Of a stretch of 64,000 nucleotides of DNA, positions 18,775 through 29,024 are shown piece by piece; the stretch's first letter is position 1, and the number at the start of each line of letters is the position of its first letter. This DNA comes from an uncultured Bacilli bacterium. GTDB taxonomy: Bacteria > Bacillota_I > Bacilli_A > RF39 > UBA660. The DNA is taken from positions 66,403 to 130,402 of the forward strand of contig CAKOZD010000002.1 in the NCBI GenBank assembly GCA_934131175.1. Reading direction: 5' to 3'. The notes below the pieces were generated by a model. The model saw nothing but the letters and a program-made list of their open reading frames with translations, did not search any database and was not told the DNA's origin. Position numbers and translations under genes: made by a program.

Positions 18775-18814
18775 ATATTTACAAAAAAAATAGTATTGTG
18801 TTATAATACGTTTA

Positions 18815-19030
18815 TCGACTTTGATTAAGAAGTAGTAATATAATGATTATTTTTAGAGAGTCTGTGGTTGGTGGAAACAGATAATATAGTTATATGAATT
18901 CGTCTTAGGAGTTCTTATTAATAGTAAGCGTAATTCTTGCGTTAAGAGATTTGAGTGTGTAGTAAATAACTATGAATTAAGGTGGTACCGCGAATAGTCG
19001 TCCTTAAATTTATAGTTATTTTTTTTATTA
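18815..19030 (+). ncRNA. T-box riboswitch leader (Phe-specific candidate) upstream of pheST
   Basis: Extended -10 TGTTATAAT at 18799-18807. AGAGAG Stem I element. GAATTCG contains a TTC Phe specifier candidate. Conserved AAGGTGGTACCGCG at 18979-18992. Terminator helix plus TTTTTTTT. Confidence 0.6.
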
Positions 19031-19049
19031 GAAAAAGGAGATGTTTTAA

Positions 19050-20090
19050 ATGAAAATAGAAGAAGTTAAAGAGTTACTTTTAAATGATATGAAAAGTGTA
19101 ACAGACTTAAATAGTTTAAATGATTTAAAAGTAAAATATCTTGGTAAAAAGGGTTTAATTACTGAACTTAATCAAGAGATTAAAAATATTCCAAATGAGG
19201 ATAAGAAAGAATTTGGACAAAGGGTAAATGAAGTTAGAAGTAGTTTTACTGAGTTTTATGAAGAGAAAAAGAATGAGTTTGAAACAGCTATTTTAAATGA
19301 AAAATTAAAGAGTGAAGCAATTGACATTAGTTTACCTAGTTATAATATTGTAACAGGGGCTCCTAATATTCTTGAAAAACTTATTGAAGATGTTGAAGAA
19401 GTATTTATGTCTATGGGATATGATGTTGTAGATGGACCTGAGATAGAAGAAGATAAATATAACTTTGAGATGTTAAATATTCCTAAGGGACATCCTGCAA
19501 GAGATGCTCAAGATACATTCTATTTAAAAGGAGAAGAGATTCTTCTTCGTAGTCAAACTTCTCCTGTTCAAGTTAGAACAATGTTAAAAGGAAAAGGTGA
19601 AGTTCCTATTAGAATGATTTGTCCTGGTAAGACTTATAGAAGAGATGATGATGATGCAACTCATTCACATCAATTTATGCAAATAGAGGGATTACTTGTT
19701 GATAAAAATATTAGTTTAAGTGATTTAAAAGGTACTTTAGATATTATTTGTAAGAAGTTATTTGGTAATGATGTTGAGACTCGTTTCCATCCTAGTTATT
19801 ATCAATTTACTGAACCTTCAGTAGAGGTTGATATTAGTTGTTTCAATTGTAAGGGACACGGATGTAATATTTGTAAAAATAATGGTTGGATTACTGTTTG
19901 TGGAGCAGGTGTTGTTCATCCTAATGTTCTTAGAATGAGTGGATATGATCCTAAAGTATGGAGTGGATTTGCTTTTGGTTTTGGAGCTGAGAGACTTGCT
20001 ATGCTTAAATATAATATAAATGACTGTAGAGTTTTCTATAATACAGATTTAAGAGAGAGTAGAGTATTTGATAGAAAGGAGAGTGAATAG
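19050..20090 (+). CDS. pheS: phenylalanine--tRNA ligase alpha subunit
   Basis: Class II motifs (FRP.YYQFTEPS, GAGVVHPNVL, GFAFGFGAERLAM). 346 aa. Confidence 0.9.
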   Translation: MKIEEVKELLLNDMKSVTDLNSLNDLKVKYLGKKGLITELNQEIKNIPNEDKKEFGQRVNEVRSSFTEFYEEKKNEFETAILNEKLKSEAIDISLPSYNIVTGAPNILEKLIEDVEEVFMSMGYDVVDGPEIEEDKYNFEMLNIPKGHPARDAQDTFYLKGEEILLRSQTSPVQVRTMLKGKGEVPIRMICPGKTYRRDDDDATHSHQFMQIEGLLVDKNISLSDLKGTLDIICKKLFGNDVETRFHPSYYQFTEPSVEVDISCFNCKGHGCNICKNNGWITVCGAGVVHPNVLRMSGYDPKVWSGFAFGFGAERLAMLKYNINDCRVFYNTDLRESRVFDRKESE

Positions 20091-20091
20091 G

Positions 20092-22464
20092 ATGATTAGT
20101 TTAGAATGGGTAAAAGATTATATTGATATTAGTGATCAAGATTTAGAAGAGTTAGCTGTTAAAATTACACAATCTGGTATTAATGTTGAGAAAGTTATTA
20201 CTAATCATATTGATAATCTTGTTGTTGGAGAAGTAGTTGATTGTGTTAATCATCCTGATAGTGATCATTTACATGTATGTCAGGTTGCTGTTTCAGAAAG
20301 TGACGTATTACAAATTGTTTGTGGAGCACCTAATGTTCGCAAAGGATTAAAGGTTGTAGTTGCTCTTGTTGGCGCAGTACTTCCTGGGGATTTTGTAATA
20401 AAGAAGAGTAAGATTCGTGGAGTAGAGTCTAATGGTATGCTTTGTGCTTTATATGAGTTAGGACTTGAAGAGAAGACAGATGAGGCATATGCTCGTGGAA
20501 TTGAAGAACTTGATAGTAGTGCAAAAGTAGGAGATGATCCTATTAAGGTTTTAGGTTTAGATGACACTTTATATGAACTTGATATTCATAAACATAGAAA
20601 TAATGACTGCTACTACCATATTGGATTTGCTTATGAAATTGGGGCTATTTTAAATAGACCTGTAAAACTTCCAGAACTTAGTTTTAAAGAAGATAAGGAT
20701 AGTGTAGAAAAACATTTTAGTTTAGATGTAGAAACAGATAAATGTCCTTTCTATTTAGCAAAGATGGTTAAGAATGTTAAGATTGGTGAGAGTCCAGAAT
20801 TTATTAAGAAAAGACTTGCTGCAGCTGGAATGCGCTCAATTAATAATGTAGTAGATATTTCTAATTATGTTATGCTTGAGTTTGGTCAACCTCTTCATTT
20901 CTTTGATAAGAATAGTTTAGGTGATCATATTTTAGTAAGAGATGCAAAAGATAATGAAGAAGTGGTTACATTAGATGGAAAATTAAGAGTTCTTACTCAT
21001 AATGATATAGTTATTACAGATGGAGAAAAACCTGTTTGTATTGCTGGAGTTATGGGTGGAGAAAATACTGAAGTTGAAGATGATACAACTGATATTTTAA
21101 TTGAGGCTGCTATTTTTGATTCAGTATCTATTCGTTATACTGCTGCTAACTTAGATCTTAGAAGTGAAGCATCTATTAGATATGGAAAAGGTTTAAGTTA
21201 TGAGTATACTGAGATGGCTTTAAAACGTGCATGTCATTTACTTGAGAAGTATGCAGGTGCTACAATTCTATCTGGTTGTGTTAGACATGATGTTATTGAT
21301 AAGACTCCAAATGTTGTAGAGTTTGTTCCAGATGACGTTAATAGGCTTCTTGGTATGAATATTAGTGTAGATGATATGAAAGTTGAGCTTGGTCGTTTAG
21401 GTTTTGATTATGAGTTAGAAGGGGACAAGTTTATCGTTACTATTCCAAGTAGAAGACTTGATATTGATCCTAATGTAAATGATATTGCTGAAGAAATAGT
21501 TAGACTTTATGGTTATCAGAATTTAGTATCTACTGTTCCAACTGTTCCTGTAAGACGTGGTGAATATGTTGGAGATGTTAAATATAGAAAATTGGTTTCT
21601 AAAAGACTTAGAGCACTTGGACTTAATGAGACTAAGACTTATACTTTAGTTTCTCCTGATATGGCTAAGTTATTTAAATATCGCGGTCTAAGTAATGCGA
21701 CTCTTCCAAATCCTATGAGTTTAGATAAGAGTGTTGTAAGAACTACATTAATTCCTTCACTTTTAAATGTTTATCAATATAATAAAAAACGTAAAGTTAA
21801 AGATATAAGTTTATATGAGATTGCGAAGACATATGATAGTGAATATAATGAGACTAGTTTAATTTGTGGACTTTGCTCAGGAAATTATTTAAATAATGGT
21901 TGGACTAAACCTGTTAAGTATGATTTCTATATTGTAAAGGGAATTGTTGAGAATGTTTTAGATTATATGGGATTTAAAAATAGATATAGTTTTGAAGTTT
22001 CTGATTGTTCTGATTTACATCCTGGAATTAGTGCTAATATTTTACTTGATAGAAAAGTAATTGGTGTTATTGGTAGAGTTCATCCAAGTGTTTTAAAAGA
22101 TGAAGTTTATGTATTTGAAATATCACTTAATGCTTTAATGAGTAATGTTAAACCAATTAAATATAAGGAAGCTCCTAAGTATCCTGGTATTTCAAAAGAT
22201 ATGGCATTCATTGTTTCAAAAGATGTAACTGCAGGAGAAGTAATGGATACTATTAAAAAAGCAGGTAGTAGAATGCTTGATAGTGTAAGTGTATTTGATG
22301 TTTATACTGGTGAAAATGTAGATAGTGATAAAAAGTCAATTGCGTTTACTCTTAACTTCTTAAATCTTGAGAGAACACTTACTGAAGAAGAAGTAATGGA
22401 AGTATTTAATAATATTATTTCTAAGGTTATTGAAAAACACAATGCAGTTTTAAGAGATAAGTAA
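20092..22464 (+). CDS. pheT: phenylalanine--tRNA ligase beta subunit
   Basis: ATG at 20092 directly after the pheS stop. tRNA-binding, B3/4, B5 and FDX-ACB domain signatures. About 790 aa. Confidence 0.9.
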   Translation: MISLEWVKDYIDISDQDLEELAVKITQSGINVEKVITNHIDNLVVGEVVDCVNHPDSDHLHVCQVAVSESDVLQIVCGAPNVRKGLKVVVALVGAVLPGDFVIKKSKIRGVESNGMLCALYELGLEEKTDEAYARGIEELDSSAKVGDDPIKVLGLDDTLYELDIHKHRNNDCYYHIGFAYEIGAILNRPVKLPELSFKEDKDSVEKHFSLDVETDKCPFYLAKMVKNVKIGESPEFIKKRLAAAGMRSINNVVDISNYVMLEFGQPLHFFDKNSLGDHILVRDAKDNEEVVTLDGKLRVLTHNDIVITDGEKPVCIAGVMGGENTEVEDDTTDILIEAAIFDSVSIRYTAANLDLRSEASIRYGKGLSYEYTEMALKRACHLLEKYAGATILSGCVRHDVIDKTPNVVEFVPDDVNRLLGMNISVDDMKVELGRLGFDYELEGDKFIVTIPSRRLDIDPNVNDIAEEIVRLYGYQNLVSTVPTVPVRRGEYVGDVKYRKLVSKRLRALGLNETKTYTLVSPDMAKLFKYRGLSNATLPNPMSLDKSVVRTTLIPSLLNVYQYNKKRKVKDISLYEIAKTYDSEYNETSLICGLCSGNYLNNGWTKPVKYDFYIVKGIVENVLDYMGFKNRYSFEVSDCSDLHPGISANILLDRKVIGVIGRVHPSVLKDEVYVFEISLNALMSNVKPIKYKEAPKYPGISKDMAFIVSKDVTAGEVMDTIKKAGSRMLDSVSVFDVYTGENVDSDKKSIAFTLNFLNLERTLTEEEVMEVFNNIISKVIEKHNAVLRDK

Positions 22465-22467
22465 AAT

Positions 22468-22496
22468 TGGACAGTTTGATGCTGTCTTTTTTTTGT
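22468..22496 (+). terminator. rho-independent terminator after pheT
   Basis: GGACAG-TTTGAT-GCTGTC hairpin followed by TTTTTTTT. Confidence 0.6.
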
Positions 22497-22550
22497 TTTT
22501 AATTACTTTTTTTCTTTTTTTTGTTAATATTATAATAGAGGTGAAAAAGT

Positions 22551-23393
22551 GTGAGTAAGGAAATAAAAAAAAGAGTAAAAGACAGTGAGATTGAAGTTGC
22601 TAGGTCATCTAATAAAAAGATATTTATTATCACAATTATTGTTTTATTATTAATAATAGTTGGATTAGTTTTATTTTTATTATATGATTATAAAGTTATA
22701 TTTCCACCAAAGAATACAACTCCAGTAGTTGATAATAATAAGAAGAAAACTACAACTACTAGACATGAAGATAAGTATGTTGATGTAGATGTTGATAGTC
22801 CAAGAATTATTAATTTATATAATAGTGTCTATAGTGGAAAAATCGATTCTTATTTATTTGATTCTAAAAAAGTAGATGTTTCTTTAATGAGTGATGAATA
22901 TAAATTCCAAGTTGCATTTAATACTTATGGTAAAGATATTACTTATCTTCCAACTGCATATGTTTCTGAGGTCGATGTGAAAAATGCATATGAAAATGTA
23001 TTTGGAAAGGATACTTATAAAAGACCAGAAAAATTAAGTGATGGATGTAATGATATGGTATTTGATAATCTTAGTAAGGCATTTATTAGTGAACAAACTG
23101 GATGTGGTGAAACAACTTCATTTGGTTCTCATAGTAAAATAATTAGTGCTAAGAAAAACTCTAGTGAATTATTAATTACAGCTGCTTATGTATTTAATTA
23201 TATGGATAAGCTTTATAAAGATCCAAATGGTAATGAAGAACTTGCTGAAAATGATGGCGAATATACAACAGTTAGACATTATAATTCTTATATAGAAGAA
23301 AATAAAGATAAACTTATGCAATATACATTTAAGTTTAATTTAGCTGATGATGGTTTCTACTACTATTCAGGATTTGAAAGAACTAATGGATAA
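22551..23393 (+). CDS. signal-anchored hypothetical protein, member A of a three-gene paralog family (conserved Cys-containing C-terminal domain)
   Basis: GTG start with a GGTGA SD. N-terminal TM. C-terminal VFGKD...C...CGETTSFGSH...YTFKFN shared with the proteins at 36656 and 39987. Confidence 0.45.
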   Translation: MSKEIKKRVKDSEIEVARSSNKKIFIITIIVLLLIIVGLVLFLLYDYKVIFPPKNTTPVVDNNKKKTTTTRHEDKYVDVDVDSPRIINLYNSVYSGKIDSYLFDSKKVDVSLMSDEYKFQVAFNTYGKDITYLPTAYVSEVDVKNAYENVFGKDTYKRPEKLSDGCNDMVFDNLSKAFISEQTGCGETTSFGSHSKIISAKKNSSELLITAAYVFNYMDKLYKDPNGNEELAENDGEYTTVRHYNSYIEENKDKLMQYTFKFNLADDGFYYYSGFERTNG

Positions 23394-23474
23394 TTTAGTT
23401 CTTTTTTTCTTGTTTTATTTATTTTAATGATTTATTATTATGGTAAGGTGAGTGTGCCTAGGAAGGAGATATTA

Positions 23475-25196
23475 ATGGAAAAAGAAGAAGTTGCAATAAA
23501 TGATGAAGAAAAAAATGTTGCAGAAGAAACACAAGATGTAGATGTAAAAGATGAGAATGGTTTAGATGAAGAAGAGAAAAAAGTAGTTGAGAAAGCTAAA
23601 GAACTTGATGGTGAAGTTTCTAGAAAACAAAAGAAAAATAATAAGAAAAAAATAATTATTATAGTCATTATTATTTTGATTTTAATTATTGGAGGAGTAT
23701 TTGGTTATTTTTATTTCTTTAACGGAAAAGATAATAAAAAAGAACAAGTATCTAATGAAAAGAAAGAGTATAAGTCTGCTTATAGAATGGAAGGTAATGA
23801 TTTATCAGACTTTGACCTTTATTTCTTACAACTTGAGAATGCTAAAAAGAATGCAATTTATAGTCCTTTATCTATAAAGTATGCACTTGCAATGTTACAA
23901 GAAGGAACTAAGGGTGACAGTAAGGCTCAAATTAATGCTTTAATTGGAGATTATAAATCTAAGAAATATACTAATAGTGAACATTTATCACTTGCTAATG
24001 CTATGTTTATAAAAAGTAGTATGAAGGATGCAGTGGTTTCTGATTATACAAATAATTTATCTACTAAGTATGGAGCAGAAGTTATTTATGATAATTTTAC
24101 AACTGCTACTAATGTTAATAATTGGATTAGTAATAAGACTCTAAATTTATTAAATAATGTTTTAAAAGATACAGATGTTAATAATCTTGATTTCTTACTT
24201 GTTAATTCACTTGCTATTGATATGGATTGGAACTATAAGTTACAATGGGAACAAAGTGATAGTAAAGTAGATGAAAAACGTTATTCAGTAGACTATGCTC
24301 ATGAAAAATATGAAGACTCTGTTCCTCTAATTCAAGATAAGAGTGAGTTCAGTACAATATCATTTAATAATGGAGCAGTACAGGCAAAAGCTGCACAGAT
24401 TGGAGCATCTATTAATAATTATGATATTATTAAGGAGCTTGGTGAAGATAACATTAGAAAGTTTATTGAAGAAAAATATAGAGAGTATTTAAAAGACCCT
24501 CAATGTGGTGAAGAAAATACAGAAGAGCAAATAAAGAGTTTTGTTAATGAGTATATTAAAACTATTGGTGAAAATTATAAACAAATAGATTCATCAACTG
24601 ATTTCTTATTCTATACAAATGATGATGTTAAAGTATTTGCTAAAGATTTAAAAACTTATGATAATACTACATTACAATATGTTGGAATTATGCCTAATAA
24701 AGTTTCTTTAGAAAAATTTATTAATAAGGCTAATGCTAAGAGTATTTCTAAACTTATAAGTAGTTTGAAACCTCTTGAATTAAGTAGTTTTGAATATGGT
24801 AAAGTTTATAAGATTAAAGGATATATTCCATTCTTTAAATATGATTATGAACTAAAATTAGATAAAGATTTAAAATCTCTTGGTGTAAAAGATATATTTG
24901 ATGCATCAAAAGCAGATTTATCTGGTATGATGAAAAATAGTAGTGGAGAGTTTATTAGTAAAACTATTCATAAAGCAAATATTGATTTTTCTAATGATGG
25001 TATTAAAGCAGCTGCTGTAACTGTTGTAGGTGGAATGGGTGCTGCATCATGTCCTTCATTTGATTATGAATATGATGTACCTGTTGAAGAGATTGATTTA
25101 ACTTTTGATAAACCATTTATGTATGTAATTAGAGATAAATCAACTGGAGAAGTTTGGTTTACTGGTTCTGTTTATGAACCTCGTGATAATTATTAG
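23475..25196 (+). CDS. serpin (serine protease inhibitor) with acidic N-terminal region and a TM anchor
   Basis: YSPLSIKYALAMLQEGTKGDS..INALIG serpin N-terminal signature. Hinge/RCL GIKAAAVTVVGGMGAAS. C-terminal FDKPFMYVIRD...VWFTGSVYEP. ATG 23475 has a GGAAGGAG SD. K-rich stop-transfer and hydrophobic stretch IIIIVIIILILIIGGVFGYF. Confidence 0.7.
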   Translation: MEKEEVAINDEEKNVAEETQDVDVKDENGLDEEEKKVVEKAKELDGEVSRKQKKNNKKKIIIIVIIILILIIGGVFGYFYFFNGKDNKKEQVSNEKKEYKSAYRMEGNDLSDFDLYFLQLENAKKNAIYSPLSIKYALAMLQEGTKGDSKAQINALIGDYKSKKYTNSEHLSLANAMFIKSSMKDAVVSDYTNNLSTKYGAEVIYDNFTTATNVNNWISNKTLNLLNNVLKDTDVNNLDFLLVNSLAIDMDWNYKLQWEQSDSKVDEKRYSVDYAHEKYEDSVPLIQDKSEFSTISFNNGAVQAKAAQIGASINNYDIIKELGEDNIRKFIEEKYREYLKDPQCGEENTEEQIKSFVNEYIKTIGENYKQIDSSTDFLFYTNDDVKVFAKDLKTYDNTTLQYVGIMPNKVSLEKFINKANAKSISKLISSLKPLELSSFEYGKVYKIKGYIPFFKYDYELKLDKDLKSLGVKDIFDASKADLSGMMKNSSGEFISKTIHKANIDFSNDGIKAAAVTVVGGMGAASCPSFDYEYDVPVEEIDLTFDKPFMYVIRDKSTGEVWFTGSVYEPRDNY

Positions 25197-25198
25197 GA

Positions 25199-25228
25199 AA
25201 AGGGTAATGATATTACCTTTTTTCTTTT
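25199..25228 (+). terminator. rho-independent terminator after the serpin gene
   Basis: AAGGGTAAT-GAT-ATTACCTTT hairpin plus TTTTCTTTT. Confidence 0.55.
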
Positions 25229-25281
25229 GATGTTTCCTTTATTTTTCTTTTATTTTATAGTAAAATGATAGTGGTGGTTAT

Positions 25282-25920
25282 ATGCAACTTAGTTATAATG
25301 ATAAAGAATATGATATAGTTATTGAAAAGAAAAAGGGTAATAAAAATACTTATATTAGAGTAAAGAAAGATTTAAAAATACATGTTACTACTAATTATTT
25401 TGTTTCAATGTTTTCTATTAAAAAACTTATTCGTGAAAACTATGATAGAATTTGTAGAATGATTGATTTTCAAGAAACTAAAGCTAAAAATAATAATGGT
25501 TTTTATTATCTTGGTAAACAATATGTAGTTATTTATATTGATGGAGATGATATTTCTTTTTCAGGTGATAAAGTATATATTGGTAATTCTTTTGATATTG
25601 ATAAGTGGTATAAGATGCAGGCTAAGACTTTGTTTTTAGAAAGACTTGATTATAATTATAATAATTTTACTAGAAAGATTCCTTATCCGAAGTTAAGAAT
25701 TAGAAAGATGACTAGTAGGTGGGGAGTATGTAATGTACTTACTCATATTATTACTTTAAATTTAGAACTTATAAAAAGAGATACAAAGTATTTAGATTAT
25801 GTTATTATTCATGAACTTAGTCATTTAATACATGGAGATCATTCAGATGGATTTTGGAAATTAGTAGAAGATAATATGCCTGATTATAGAAAATATAGAG
25901 AAGAAATGAAGGAGTTTTAA
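25282..25920 (+). CDS. YgjP-like (DUF45) zinc metallohydrolase
   Basis: C-terminal HELSHLIHGDHSDGFWKLVE (HExxH..H.S..FW) typical of the YgjP/DUF45 family. Confidence 0.6.
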   Translation: MQLSYNDKEYDIVIEKKKGNKNTYIRVKKDLKIHVTTNYFVSMFSIKKLIRENYDRICRMIDFQETKAKNNNGFYYLGKQYVVIYIDGDDISFSGDKVYIGNSFDIDKWYKMQAKTLFLERLDYNYNNFTRKIPYPKLRIRKMTSRWGVCNVLTHIITLNLELIKRDTKYLDYVIIHELSHLIHGDHSDGFWKLVEDNMPDYRKYREEMKEF

Positions 25921-26654
25921 TGGTTATTACGAGTTTAGATAATGAAAAAGTTAAAGGATTGGTTAAGTTACAAAAAAGAAAGTATCGTGATCTTACTAAT
26001 ACTTTTATAGTAGAAGGAATGCATTTAGTACTTGAGGCATATAAGGCAAATATTGCGACTGAATTAATTGTTTTAGAAGATGAAGTTATTCCAATTAAAC
26101 TTCCATATACATATGTAAGTCTTGAAGTTATGAAGAAGATTAGTACAATGGATACACCTCCTACGATAATGGCTGTATGTAAGAAGAATACTAATAATGA
26201 AATTATGGGTAGTAGAATACTTTTACTTGATGAGGTACAGGACCCAGGAAATTTAGGAACTATAATACGTAGTGCGGTTGCTTTTAATATAGATACTATA
26301 ATACTTTCTGAGAATACAGTTGATTTATATAATCCTAAAGTTTTACGAGCAACTCAGGGTATGTTTGCTCATATAAATATAATTAGTATGAATGCGGATG
26401 TAGCAATAAATTATTTAAAGAGTAAAAATATAGTTGTATATGGTACAAATGTTGAATATGGAATTGATGTTAGAAATCTTGATTCTTCTTCTAAGAAGGC
26501 ATTCTGTCTTATAATGGGAAATGAAGGAAATGGTGTTAGACAAAGTATTCAAAAAATGTGTGATAAGAATCTATATATAAATATGAATAGTCAAGTTGAG
26601 AGTTTAAATGTTGCGATTGCTTGTAGTATTTTATTATATGAATTGGGGAGATAA
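25920..26654 (+). CDS. TrmH/SpoU-family RNA 2'-O-methyltransferase
   Basis: SPOUT motifs LLLDEVQDPGNLGTIIRSA, LIMGNEGNGV and ESLNVAIA. Start overlaps the upstream stop. Confidence 0.7.
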   Translation: MVITSLDNEKVKGLVKLQKRKYRDLTNTFIVEGMHLVLEAYKANIATELIVLEDEVIPIKLPYTYVSLEVMKKISTMDTPPTIMAVCKKNTNNEIMGSRILLLDEVQDPGNLGTIIRSAVAFNIDTIILSENTVDLYNPKVLRATQGMFAHINIISMNADVAINYLKSKNIVVYGTNVEYGIDVRNLDSSSKKAFCLIMGNEGNGVRQSIQKMCDKNLYINMNSQVESLNVAIACSILLYELGR

Positions 26655-26656
26655 GT

Positions 26657-27139
26657 ATGAATAAAGTATATATTGGTAAGATTGTAAATACCCATGGAAT
26701 AAAGGGAGAGATTAGATTACTTAGTGATTTTCCTTTTAAAGATAAAGTTTTTGTAGTTGGAAATAGTATTTTAATTGATGATATTGAATATAAAATTAAT
26801 AGTTATAGAAGACATAAGATGTTTGATATGATTACTTTAGAAGGCTATAATAATATTAATGATGTTTTATTTCTTATGAAAAAGAAAGTATATTTTGATA
26901 AAGATAAATTAATTTTATCAGATGATGAAATACTTGATGAAGATTTAGTCAAATTTAAGGTAATAGATGATGATGGAAATATTGGTAAAATAAATGAGAT
27001 TTTTATGGCTAGTAGTACCAATAAAATACTTAGAGTAGAATTTTCTCATGAAGTTTTAATTCCATATAATTCTCCTATTATAAAAAGTATTGATAAAAAT
27101 AAAAAAGAAATACATGTAAGTCTAATTGGAGGTATGTAG
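26657..27139 (+). CDS. rimM: 16S rRNA processing protein RimM
   Basis: YIGKIVNTHGIKGEIRL N-terminal signature plus PRC barrel. 160 aa. Confidence 0.8.
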   Translation: MNKVYIGKIVNTHGIKGEIRLLSDFPFKDKVFVVGNSILIDDIEYKINSYRRHKMFDMITLEGYNNINDVLFLMKKKVYFDKDKLILSDDEILDEDLVKFKVIDDDGNIGKINEIFMASSTNKILRVEFSHEVLIPYNSPIIKSIDKNKKEIHVSLIGGM

Positions 27140-27811
27140 ATGTTAAAGATTGATATATTAACTCTTTTTCCTAATATGTTTGATGGTGTATTTCAGGAAT
27201 CAATTTTAAAAAGAGCGATTGATGAAGGCAAAATAGAGATTAATTTAATTAATTTTAGAGATTTTACTAATGATTCTCATAATAAAGTAGATGATACTCC
27301 ATATGGTGGAGGAGCTGGGATGGTACTTATGGCTCAACCTATATTTGACTGTGTCAAAAGTATTAGAAGAGAAAACTCTAAAATTATATTACTTACTCCA
27401 GATGGTATTCCTTATAAACAAAAGATGGCATATGATTTATGTAGTGAAGAACATTTAATTTTAATATGTGGTCATTATGAGGGATTTGATGAGAGAATTC
27501 GTAGTATTTGTGATATGGAAATTAGTATAGGAGATTATGTTCTTACTGGTGGAGAAGTTCCTGCTATGGTTTTGGTAGATTCGGTAGCAAGACTTATTCC
27601 AGGGGTAATTAATGAAAGAAGTCACTTGGACGATTCTTTTAGTGAGTCATATTTACTTGATTATCCAACTTATACAAAACCACGTGTTTTTGAAGGAATG
27701 AAAGTACCTGAAGTTTTAGTTTCAGGAGATCACAAAAGAATTGCTGAATATAGATTAGAAGAGAGTATTAAAAAAACAAAGTTAAGAAGACCAGATTTAT
27801 TAGAAAAGTAG
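27140..27811 (+). CDS. trmD: tRNA (guanine37-N1)-methyltransferase
   Basis: MLKIDILTLFPNMF..., DDTPYGGGAGMV, LLICGHYEG.DERI SPOUT motifs. Confidence 0.85.
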   Translation: MLKIDILTLFPNMFDGVFQESILKRAIDEGKIEINLINFRDFTNDSHNKVDDTPYGGGAGMVLMAQPIFDCVKSIRRENSKIILLTPDGIPYKQKMAYDLCSEEHLILICGHYEGFDERIRSICDMEISIGDYVLTGGEVPAMVLVDSVARLIPGVINERSHLDDSFSESYLLDYPTYTKPRVFEGMKVPEVLVSGDHKRIAEYRLEESIKKTKLRRPDLLEK

Positions 27812-27821
27812 TGGTGATATT

Positions 27822-28280
27822 ATGTATAAAGTATATGATGATTATGATAATAAGGGTAAGGTTCTTGATAAAACTGAATTTATGGATATTAATGGTTTTT
27901 TGATGGGCGGAAAGAAAAAGATTTTTTCTGTTGCTGGAAGTGAAATAAGAGAGATTAAAGTAGTTAGTAAAAATCTTGCTAATCCGATAGTCTCATCTAA
28001 AGTAATGCATAAATATAGTCAATTAGTTAATTATTTAACAGAAGTTTTGATTGAAGATGATGGAGATGATTCTGATGGAAGTTATCGTGAGGCACTAAAT
28101 CAAATAGAAAAATTCAGATTAATGGTAAAAAATGAATATCGTAATTTTTTAACTAGAAAAGAGTTAGAACACATGTCTAAACAATTAGTTATTTTGCAAA
28201 AAGAATTAAACAATCGTATACTAGAGATACATAATAGTTATATGGAAATGCTTAATAAGGAAAATGGTAGAGGTAGATAG
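27822..28280 (+). CDS. hypothetical protein
   Basis: 152 aa, no recognisable motif. Follows trmD, as the ylqD-like genes do in some Firmicutes. Confidence 0.35.
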   Translation: MYKVYDDYDNKGKVLDKTEFMDINGFLMGGKKKIFSVAGSEIREIKVVSKNLANPIVSSKVMHKYSQLVNYLTEVLIEDDGDDSDGSYREALNQIEKFRLMVKNEYRNFLTRKELEHMSKQLVILQKELNNRILEIHNSYMEMLNKENGRGR

Positions 28281-28364
28281 CCTCTTTTTTTCTATAAATT
28301 TAAATATTATTTTAATAAAGTATAAATTAATGATATAATTTGATTAGAATATGGAGGTGTTCTT

Positions 28365-28928
28365 GTGAAATATAGTTCTAAAAGTAAATTTAGAAAAATT
28401 ATTAGTGTTTCATTTTTATTTGTACTTGTCCTTGCTCTTTCGATATCATTTATATCTTTCGATAACCCAACAGTTTTAGAGACTTCTATTAATAGAACGA
28501 ATATTTTTGATGTACATATTGATAATGTAAGTGCTAAAAGTAAGGGGAGTGCTACTTATACTTTACCTGTAGTTGATAATATGTCACTTGAAAAATTTAA
28601 TGTAGTTATTAATAAACCAGGTGATGCAGTTACTTTTTATTTTACTGTAACTAATAAAGGAGATATTGCTGCAATATTAAAGAATATTAATAAAAGTAAA
28701 TTTATCTGTTCTGGTAATAATAGTATTGATAATAAGAATGTTTGTGAAAAGTTAACTTATAAATTAAGATATGCTAATTCTAACAATATTAAAGAAAAAG
28801 ATGTATTACAAGTAGGAGAAGTTGCTAATGTAGAATTAGAAATTAAGTATCCTACCAAATCATCTAATATTACATCATCTGTAATGGTTTCTAATTTAGA
28901 TTTTTCTTTAGAATATTATCGAAAATAA
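28365..28928 (+). CDS. signal-anchored hypothetical secreted protein
   Basis: GTG start with a GGAGGTG SD. N-terminal TM. Beta-rich extracytoplasmic domain. Followed by a terminator. Confidence 0.4.
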   Translation: MKYSSKSKFRKIISVSFLFVLVLALSISFISFDNPTVLETSINRTNIFDVHIDNVSAKSKGSATYTLPVVDNMSLEKFNVVINKPGDAVTFYFTVTNKGDIAAILKNINKSKFICSGNNSIDNKNVCEKLTYKLRYANSNNIKEKDVLQVGEVANVELEIKYPTKSSNITSSVMVSNLDFSLEYYRK

Positions 28929-28952
28929 AAGTTTAATTGAACTTTTTTTTTT
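28926..28952 (+). terminator. rho-independent terminator
   Basis: AAAGTT-TAATTG-AACTTT hairpin plus TTTTTTTTT. Confidence 0.5.
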
Positions 28953-29024
28953 AATAAAGATATGCTATACTTGTTTATATAATATGATAGGGTGTTTGGA
29001 ATAGTGTAGGTGGTGAATTACTTT

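Noticed and set aside
20280-20567. 95-aa - strand ORF inside pheT
   Set aside because: Antisense to the conserved pheT tRNA-binding domain. Ser/Thr/Pro-rich low-complexity product.
23438-23877. ORFs 23438-23668(-) and 23689-23877(+) overlapping the serpin N-terminal region
   Set aside because: Antisense or out-of-frame with respect to the serpin gene, whose frame is supported by SD, TM and domain signatures.
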